Assembly: GCA_964247135.1 (NCBI GenBank)
Contig: CAXTTL010000026.1
Span: 8,474-31,823, forward strand
Length of the DNA stretch: 23,350 nt
Direction: 5' to 3'
Source: an uncultured Deinococcales bacterium
Lineage (GTDB): Bacteria > Deinococcota > Deinococci > Deinococcales > JAAFIG01
The position numbers and the translations under genes were made by a program. The notes under the pieces were generated by a model that saw only the letters and a program-made list of their open reading frames with translations, was not told the DNA's origin and searched no databases. This document shows, one piece after another, positions 12,008 to 17,937 of this stretch (position 1 is its first letter; each line of letters starts with the position of its first letter).

Positions 12008-12496
12008 TTATTTTTTGGGAACGAGCAGCAAGTTAATCACGTAAATTTCGCCGTTGCTGGCTTCAACACCCGATTTTGCCATTCTGGACTTGTTGACCCT
12101 CAAGGTGTTTTTCAGGTTTGTGATGCTGAGGTCTGTGCCTTCGGCGGTTTTGACGGTTTTGGCTTTGATCAAGTCGCCGCTCGAGAGTTTGCCTGGAACC
12201 ACGTGGTACAACAAAATTTTGGTCAGCAAAGTTTTATTTCCCAGCAATTCGGTCAGGGTGGCTTTGGGAATCTTGTTGAACGCCGAATCACTTGGCGCGA
12301 ACAGGGTGTACAAGCCTTTGCCCGATAAGGTTTTGTCCAAACCTGTGAGTTTTAAGGCGGCATACAGTTTTTTAAAATGCACACCTTTTGAAATGATGTC
12401 AACTATGTTGCCTGTTGGCGCCAAGGGACTGGTTTGCGCGTGGCTTGTGCCCAGCGCCAGAACCACAAGTCCTGCGCCTAAAATACCAACTTTCAT
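12008..12496 (-). CDS. Secreted fasciclin (FAS1) domain protein
   Basis: YTLFAPSDSAF, ILLYHVVPG, VEASNGEIYVINLLLVP. Start ATG 12496 with AAGGAG RBS and signal peptide. Confidence 0.93.
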   Translation of the reverse strand: MKVGILGAGLVVLALGTSHAQTSPLAPTGNIVDIISKGVHFKKLYAALKLTGLDKTLSGKGLYTLFAPSDSAFNKIPKATLTELLGNKTLLTKILLYHVVPGKLSSGDLIKAKTVKTAEGTDLSITNLKNTLRVNKSRMAKSGVEASNGEIYVINLLLVPKK

Positions 12497-12626
12497 AATG
12501 GTGCTCCTTGAAATTGCTCGAGTACGGTTGTTTGGCTCGAGGATTGGTTCAGTACAAGCTAACCGGTGTTCATGGAGGGGGTGTGAAACGGTCTTGTGGC
12601 ATCTCGAGGGGCGGCAAACCTGAGCC

Positions 12627-14429
12627 TTAAGGTGTCGGTAAAAATGTTGGGGCGGTGCCAATTTTGAGGCTTGCCACCCGCAAGACCGTAACTTTCGGGT
12701 CGCTTGGCGCGTCGGTGTCCGAACCGATCAACATCAGTTGGGCTGGCTTCTCGAGCGTCCCGAGGGCAGTTGCTCGGGTCAGGGCGGCGGCTGTGGTTTC
12801 ACCCAGTCCTCGCGTGACGCGCAGGATGGGGTTGGCGCTCAGCAAAAAGTTGAGTTTGAACGTATAAGGCTTCAAGCAGCCCGCAGGATTGGGGCAACTT
12901 GGGAACAGGGCATAAGAATATTTTCGCGGCAATTTCACACCCACGCTGATGTAATTTTTGGTTGTGCTGTCAATGCTGCGTCCACCATTGATGTTCCGAG
13001 CCACAAAACCGTACTCGAGCAAGTGATCGTCTGCACCCAGCAATTTGGCGGTTTTGGCGGCAGTTTCCAGGCTTTGCGTTTCTGCGCTCGAGAATCCTTG
13101 AAAGTCGGAGCTGTTCGGGGCTGGTTCTGGTTTTGTGCCAAGTTGCGTGCCGTGCGTGGGAAACAAATTTTGTGGCACGACCGGTTCGGCAATTGCTGCG
13201 CCGAGTGGATTGTTTGCATCTGGGAACGCCCGAAGCTCCGTGATGGCGGTGCCAGCAAGGCTGGTCGGCAAATTGAGGGCTTGCAAACTGAGGTTTTCGA
13301 CCCCGATGCCGCTCAGGGCGCTGACTTCAAAGGTCATGGTCAGGTAACGGTAGCCGCCCGCCACGTCGTCGATGTCCGAGTACGAGAGTGGTTTAAACGC
13401 AAAAGTGTTGCTCGAGTCGAGCGCGGTTGTTTTGTTGCTGGTGTTCCATTCCAGGTTCAGTGTTCCGATCAGCGGCAGCGCATGAAGGTTGACGCTCAAG
13501 GCTGGAGTTGTTTCGCTGTTGATGCCCTCCAGGTTGGTTTGCACGGCGCTGAAGGCGTGCGCACCGTCGCTTGGCAGATTTGCTGGCTTGCAAGCCCAGA
13601 GCGCCGCATCGGTCACCACACTCGAGCAAATGACGGTATTGCCTTCAGAAACCGTGACCATGTTCTTGCCAATGCCGGTTCCCGAAAACTCGAGGGTGTT
13701 GCTTAAGCGTCCCGAGTTGGCAGTTGGGCTTAAGACATTGGGGGCTGGCACGGATACTTGAACCGTGAATGCCAGGGTTGCCGAGGCGGGACTGCTGGCG
13801 CCCAAGGGTGCGATTTGGGTGGCGCTCACGTTATGAATTCCGTTCAACAGGGCGCTCGAGCTGCAAGCCCAGGTGTTGCCGGTGACGATGGCGGTGCAGA
13901 GCGTTTTTTGGTTTTCCATGACGCTGACCTTACTGCCAGACTCGCCATTGCCTGCAAAGTTTGGAAAGGACGTGTTTAACAGCGCGTTTGCGGTAGGACT
14001 GCTGATATTGGGTGCAGGTGAAATGGCTTGGACGGTGAAACCCAGTGGGTCGGAACTGGGGCTGATCTGGCTCGAGGGGTCGGTTTGGTTGGCGGTGATG
14101 GTGTGAATCCCGTTTGAGAAAGCCACGCTTGGAACGCAAATCCAGGTGTTGTCGGCATTCACGACACTCGAGCAGACCGTGGGCGGCAGCGGGGTGAGCC
14201 TCAAGCCTATTTTGGTGGGTTGCGGCAGTTCGTAGACATTGACCGTGTTGCCCGCAACGGCAGTCCCGCCAATGCTGGGTTGGTTGTTGCTGGTGGTGCT
14301 GTTGGCGGCGGGTGTGGTCAGCACTGGAGCGCCCGGTGGTTGCGGTGGGCAGGCGGTCAAGACCAGCATCAAACCGACAAGCCCGTGTTTTAACTCGAGC
14401 TTTGGTGCGCGGAACAAACGCGGTATCAT
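12627..14429 (-). CDS. Lipoprotein with three bacterial Ig-like repeats and a C-terminal domain shared with the 963-aa lipoprotein
   Basis: Lipobox LTAC; three repeats of about 90 aa (AP.I.SP...G.G..G..V.V.E...C...V...W.C...G.H...A.Q). Start placed at ATG 14429, 6 nt after CATAAT. Confidence 0.85.
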   Translation of the reverse strand: MIPRLFRAPKLELKHGLVGLMLVLTACPPQPPGAPVLTTPAANSTTSNNQPSIGGTAVAGNTVNVYELPQPTKIGLRLTPLPPTVCSSVVNADNTWICVPSVAFSNGIHTITANQTDPSSQISPSSDPLGFTVQAISPAPNISSPTANALLNTSFPNFAGNGESGSKVSVMENQKTLCTAIVTGNTWACSSSALLNGIHNVSATQIAPLGASSPASATLAFTVQVSVPAPNVLSPTANSGRLSNTLEFSGTGIGKNMVTVSEGNTVICSSVVTDAALWACKPANLPSDGAHAFSAVQTNLEGINSETTPALSVNLHALPLIGTLNLEWNTSNKTTALDSSNTFAFKPLSYSDIDDVAGGYRYLTMTFEVSALSGIGVENLSLQALNLPTSLAGTAITELRAFPDANNPLGAAIAEPVVPQNLFPTHGTQLGTKPEPAPNSSDFQGFSSAETQSLETAAKTAKLLGADDHLLEYGFVARNINGGRSIDSTTKNYISVGVKLPRKYSYALFPSCPNPAGCLKPYTFKLNFLLSANPILRVTRGLGETTAAALTRATALGTLEKPAQLMLIGSDTDAPSDPKVTVLRVASLKIGTAPTFLPTP

Positions 14430-14435
14430 CTGGGC

Positions 14436-14441
14436 ATTATG
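14436..14441 (-). promoter_or_regulatory. Putative -10 box (CATAAT), leaderless
   Basis: CATAAT-6nt-ATG. Confidence 0.5.
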
Positions 14442-14573
14442 ACACCCGAGCGGTTTTTGTAAATGATTTTTTACCATTGATGGCTTTATGTCATACTTCA
14501 AGGCTCAGCTTGAGAAAATAACTCGAGTCGAGCAAGAATTTTCGTTGTGGTTCAGCGCTCGCGTTTGTTTTGG

Positions 14574-14579
14574 TAAGCT
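14574..14579 (+). promoter_or_regulatory. Putative -10 box (TAAGCT), leaderless
   Basis: TAAGCT-6nt-ATG at 14586, preceded by TGG (extended -10-like). Confidence 0.6.
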
Positions 14580-14585
14580 GAACGC

Positions 14586-14867
14586 ATGGATTTAATTGAT
14601 GTGCGGTTTGAACATTTTGAGCCTTTGGTGTTGCAAGGTTTTAACCTCGAGAACAGTGATGTTAAATTAAAGTTGCTCGAGGCGAAAGCGTTGAAAACCC
14701 GTGAAGGTGCAACCCGAACCGCTTTTGCCTTGTTGTTTTCTTGTCCTGTACCTGCACCTCAAGGCACGTATGCCTTGCATCACGAGGCGCTGGGGAAGCT
14801 TGAGATTTTTTTGGTTCCGATTCGGCAAGATGGCGCTGGTGTGCAACTCGAGGCGATTTTTACTTGA
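14586..14867 (+). CDS. DUF6916-like small protein of the kind associated with tail-collar gene clusters
   Basis: Pattern F.LLF...PQGTY.L.H..LG.LEIFLVPI......LEAIF recognised from memory of this family. Confidence 0.8.
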   Translation: MDLIDVRFEHFEPLVLQGFNLENSDVKLKLLEAKALKTREGATRTAFALLFSCPVPAPQGTYALHHEALGKLEIFLVPIRQDGAGVQLEAIFT

Positions 14868-15342
14868 GGCTGGGTTTGGCTCGGCGCAGCATTTTCTGAT
14901 AAATGCCATTGGTTTCATCTTCGACTTCGATAAAGCCAAGTCGGGCGTACCAGTCTTTGGCAAAATTGTTGATCTCGACATGCAGTGTAATGTCTAAATG
15001 GCTTTGTTCTGACTCGAGCAGCAATTGCGCAAATAAATGTTTGGCAATGCCGCGTTGTTGGTATTCTGGGCTAACAATAATGTCCATCACATGAATCTCG
15101 ATGCCGCGATGCACGTAAAACCGTCCGACGGGCACGCCATCCAGTACAATCAGGTCAAAACTTGCCTCATGGAAGTGCTGGTAGTAATGCTTGCGTTGCA
15201 ACATAAATTGACTTTTCAGAAATTCTTGTTTTTGCTGTGCTGTCCAAGGCACTGGGGCAAGTTCAGCGGCTCGAGCGTTGGCATAAAGTTGAAGCAGAAA
15301 CGGGATGTCCGTTTCTGCTTCGGTAGTTAAGCTTAAATTCAT
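14860..15342 (-). CDS. GNAT N-acetyltransferase of the tail-collar-cluster type
   Basis: D.PFL.QLYA.AR..EL...W...QK..FL.SQF..Q..HY, PVGRFYV, DIIVSPEYQQRGIA, LHVEINNFA..WYARLGF. Confidence 0.9.
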   Translation of the reverse strand: MNLSLTTEAETDIPFLLQLYANARAAELAPVPWTAQQKQEFLKSQFMLQRKHYYQHFHEASFDLIVLDGVPVGRFYVHRGIEIHVMDIIVSPEYQQRGIAKHLFAQLLLESEQSHLDITLHVEINNFAKDWYARLGFIEVEDETNGIYQKMLRRAKPSLK

Positions 15343-15349
15343 GTCTTTG

Positions 15350-15355
15350 ATTGTA
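15350..15355 (-). promoter_or_regulatory. Putative internal -10 box (TACAAT) for a leaderless GNAT transcript
   Basis: TACAAT-7nt-ATG; no SD in the 24-nt gap. Confidence 0.5.
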
Positions 15356-15366
15356 CCTGAACCCTT

Positions 15367-16365
15367 TTATGCCAGGTAGGTGTTGGTAAAACCGGATCGT
15401 ATTTCCTGACGCAAGGCATTCAAACGCGGGTGCATTTCGGAGACAGGCTCGAGGCTGCGCCTGATACCATTTTTCTCGAGTTGAATGCTTGATGGCTTGC
15501 GGGAAATTTTGGCGTCACGCAAGGCTTTTAACAGGCTTGGGCTGTTGTCTTGGCTGGCTTGCGCCAGAATGTCGGCGCTCTCTTGCCCAAGCAGCAGCAT
15601 CGCGTCCGTTCCAAAACTCGAGGAGGCGGTGGTGGCGTTTAAATTGGTAAAAGCGCTGGCACTGATTGGAATTCGGGCGGCACGTAACACCTCGAGGTTG
15701 CTGCTGCCTGAGGCAATCACGTGAATGTGGGCTGGTTTTAACGCTTGGATTTGCTCGAGTACCGCATTCCAGTCAGGTTTTGCGCCAACGCCTGTGACAA
15801 TGGTCTCTAAAATATTGCCGCCAGCGCTTTCAAAACCACTTCTGAAGGCATACGGCAGATCGTAACCCGCTTCGCGCAGGGTGCAAACCACAACAGCGGT
15901 GTTGCCGCGTCCAATGTTGGTTTTGCGTTGCTGGGCGGCATGAACGCCCAAAGCCCATTCGGCTTGCCAGAGCTTTAAGCTATTGGAAATCACAAACGCG
16001 CTGGTTTCGGGACGTTGGGCAATTTTTGCGCCAAATTCGTTGCAAATGGCGGGCAGGGCGTGTTGCTCGAGGATGGGTCGGAGCGTTTCGGCGTAACCGT
16101 CTCCAAGCGACACCAGCACATCAAAGTGCTTGCTCTCGAGGGTTTTCGCGGCGGCTCGGGCGGCGCTGGTGGTGGTGTCCCCAGCGTCAACAAACGTAAT
16201 CTCGAGGGTTTGGTTTTGGGTTAAGCCACGCAAAAATTGACCCGAGAGGGTTTTTGGTGCCAGCGCCAGCACCCGCAGTTTGTGCGGCGCGGCTTGGGCG
16301 GCAATGCCCAGTGCAGGTATGGCAGCACCCAAACCCAGGGCTTGTAGGAAATCACGTCGTTTCAT
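15367..16365 (-). CDS. Tat-exported periplasmic-binding-protein-like (type I, ABC substrate-binding-like) protein
   Basis: MKRRDFL twin-arginine motif with an AQA cleavage site; alpha/beta pattern reminiscent of branched-chain amino-acid SBPs (EAGYDLPYAFRSGFESAGG, LEQIQALKP). RBS GGAG. Confidence 0.7.
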   Translation of the reverse strand: MKRRDFLQALGLGAAIPALGIAAQAAPHKLRVLALAPKTLSGQFLRGLTQNQTLEITFVDAGDTTTSAARAAAKTLESKHFDVLVSLGDGYAETLRPILEQHALPAICNEFGAKIAQRPETSAFVISNSLKLWQAEWALGVHAAQQRKTNIGRGNTAVVVCTLREAGYDLPYAFRSGFESAGGNILETIVTGVGAKPDWNAVLEQIQALKPAHIHVIASGSSNLEVLRAARIPISASAFTNLNATTASSSFGTDAMLLLGQESADILAQASQDNSPSLLKALRDAKISRKPSSIQLEKNGIRRSLEPVSEMHPRLNALRQEIRSGFTNTYLA

Positions 16366-16376
16366 TCAGACTCCTT

Positions 16377-16892
16377 CTAGTTCCTGGCTGGGAATACGCC
16401 AAATTGACAGATACAGAATCGTATGCTCAGGTAAGGCATCATGTTGTTGTGGGGTTGATTGCCACCGACCAAACCGACGGTGGTGCTTAATGGCGTGTTG
16501 GCTACGCCGTTGGTGTAAGGGGTTTCACCGGCGGCTCGAGCGGGAACAGAACCGGCTGGGTTGGTGTTGTCGGCATCGCCGCTGTTTGTTCCAAAGCTGT
16601 GGTTGTGTTGTGGTATTTGACTTGATAAGAGGGTCACGGTTGTTGTCCCACCGGTTTGCCCTTGGTCGTAAAGGCTCAAACCTGGTCCTTGTCCAATACC
16701 GATGGGGATACGGTTTTGTAAGTTGGGAAGACCAAATGTGGTTCGACCATCGCCACCATAGAATGTGCCAACCAAACTGAACAGGGCGGTGTTTTGCGAA
16801 ATGGCTAGGAGTTGCCCGTTGCAATCTGCCCAGTTTCTTGGGGCGAAATTGTAGGGAAACATCCGAATTTCTGCGATAAATGGGTCAGACAT
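16377..16892 (-). CDS. Phage tail-collar domain protein (microcystin-dependent protein-like), paralog 3
   Basis: PFIAEIRMFPYNFAPRNWADCNGQLLAISQNTALFSLVGTFYGGDGRTTFGLPNL, IPQHNH, QPHNNMMPYL, GVFPARN. Confidence 0.95.
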   Translation of the reverse strand: MSDPFIAEIRMFPYNFAPRNWADCNGQLLAISQNTALFSLVGTFYGGDGRTTFGLPNLQNRIPIGIGQGPGLSLYDQGQTGGTTTVTLLSSQIPQHNHSFGTNSGDADNTNPAGSVPARAAGETPYTNGVANTPLSTTVGLVGGNQPHNNMMPYLSIRFCICQFGVFPARN

Positions 16893-16900
16893 ACACGCTC

Positions 16901-17422
16901 CTAATTTCGACTCGGGAAAATGCCTTGGGTGGCAATCACGTAATTGAGTGCCAAATACGGTTGAATGTTGTCATGCGGTTGCGAACCCCCAGTAAGCCCA
17001 ATGCTTAGCGGGTTCATCGAACCGTCGGGGGTATCGGCAATGTAAATTTCGGCGGCGGCAACACCCAAAGTCACGCTTGCGCTGGGCGTACCCGTGGTGG
17101 CATTGCTGCTCGAGACGGCAACAGGGTGGGTGTGGATTGGCATTTGACTGTTGATCAGGGTCACGGTTTCAGTACCGCTTTGTTGACCAATCACATAATT
17201 GCTTAAACCAGGTCCTTGTCCCTGATGAACTGGCACTCGGCTGCGAAAATCGGGGACGGCAAAAGTGTTTACACCGTCGCCGCCGTAAGTTGTGCCAAGC
17301 AAGGAAAATAAAGCGGTGTCGTTGGCGATTGAAAGCAATTGTCCATTGCAAAAAACCCAACCTGCTGGGGCAAAATTTCCAGCGAACAACATGATGTTGC
17401 CTAAATAAGGTGTTTGCGGCAT
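16901..17422 (-). CDS. Phage tail-collar domain protein, paralog 2
   Basis: PYLGNIMLFAGNFAPAGWVFCNGQLL...GTTYGGDG..TFAVPD, MPIHTH, QPHDNIQPYLALNYVIATQGIFPSRN. RBS AGGAGG. Confidence 0.95.
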   Translation of the reverse strand: MPQTPYLGNIMLFAGNFAPAGWVFCNGQLLSIANDTALFSLLGTTYGGDGVNTFAVPDFRSRVPVHQGQGPGLSNYVIGQQSGTETVTLINSQMPIHTHPVAVSSSNATTGTPSASVTLGVAAAEIYIADTPDGSMNPLSIGLTGGSQPHDNIQPYLALNYVIATQGIFPSRN

Positions 17423-17432
17423 AAATCCTCCT

Positions 17433-17927
17433 TTAATTCCGTGACGGAAAAATTCCAGTTAAAGCGATGCAAAAATTGACCGTCGTGTACGGCTGAAGGT
17501 TGTTGTGCGGTTGACCGCCGCCGCTCGAGCCAATGGAAAGGGCTGTTGCATTGTTCTGCGCGGCGTAAATGCTCGCGCCGCTGGGTCCGAACGCATTGCC
17601 CGCCGGTACGACTGTTGCGCCAGTGGTCACGTTTGAGGCGTTGTGCGTGTGGGTGTGCGATGGCATTTCGGTTGCGATCAAGGTGTGGTTTTCTTCACCT
17701 GCCCTCGTGCCAAGGGGGTTTACATTTCCTGTGTGCATGGGAACTCGACTGCGCAAGTCGGGCAAGCCAAAATTGGTTGTGCCATTGCCGCCGTAGGTTG
17801 TTCCCAACAACGAGAACACGGCTGCGTTTTGTTGGATTGCCAAAAGTTGCCCGTTGCAATATGCCCAACCACGTGGTGGAAAGTTAAAACCATACATTTG
17901 AATTTCACCGAGATAAGAACTTGCCAT
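17433..17927 (-). CDS. Phage tail-collar domain protein, paralog 1
   Basis: Start ATG 17927 (RBS AAGGGGG); YLGEIQMYGFNFPPRGWAYCNGQLL...GTTYGGNGTTNFGLPDL, MPSHTHTH, QPHNNLQPY, GIFPSRN. Confidence 0.95.
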   Translation of the reverse strand: MASSYLGEIQMYGFNFPPRGWAYCNGQLLAIQQNAAVFSLLGTTYGGNGTTNFGLPDLRSRVPMHTGNVNPLGTRAGEENHTLIATEMPSHTHTHNASNVTTGATVVPAGNAFGPSGASIYAAQNNATALSIGSSGGGQPHNNLQPYTTVNFCIALTGIFPSRN

Positions 17928-17937
17928 AAAACCCCCT

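Noticed and set aside
12497-12661. Upstream extension of the fasciclin ORF (likewise 9586-9636, 14430-14501, 17928-18050, 21018-21077, 22262-22318)
   Set aside because: Internal ATGs have better RBS or -10 context and give proper signal peptides or family N-termini
16377-17927. Prophage, tailocin or eCIS interpretation of the tail-collar genes
   Set aside because: No other phage structural, lysis, replication or integration genes in the window
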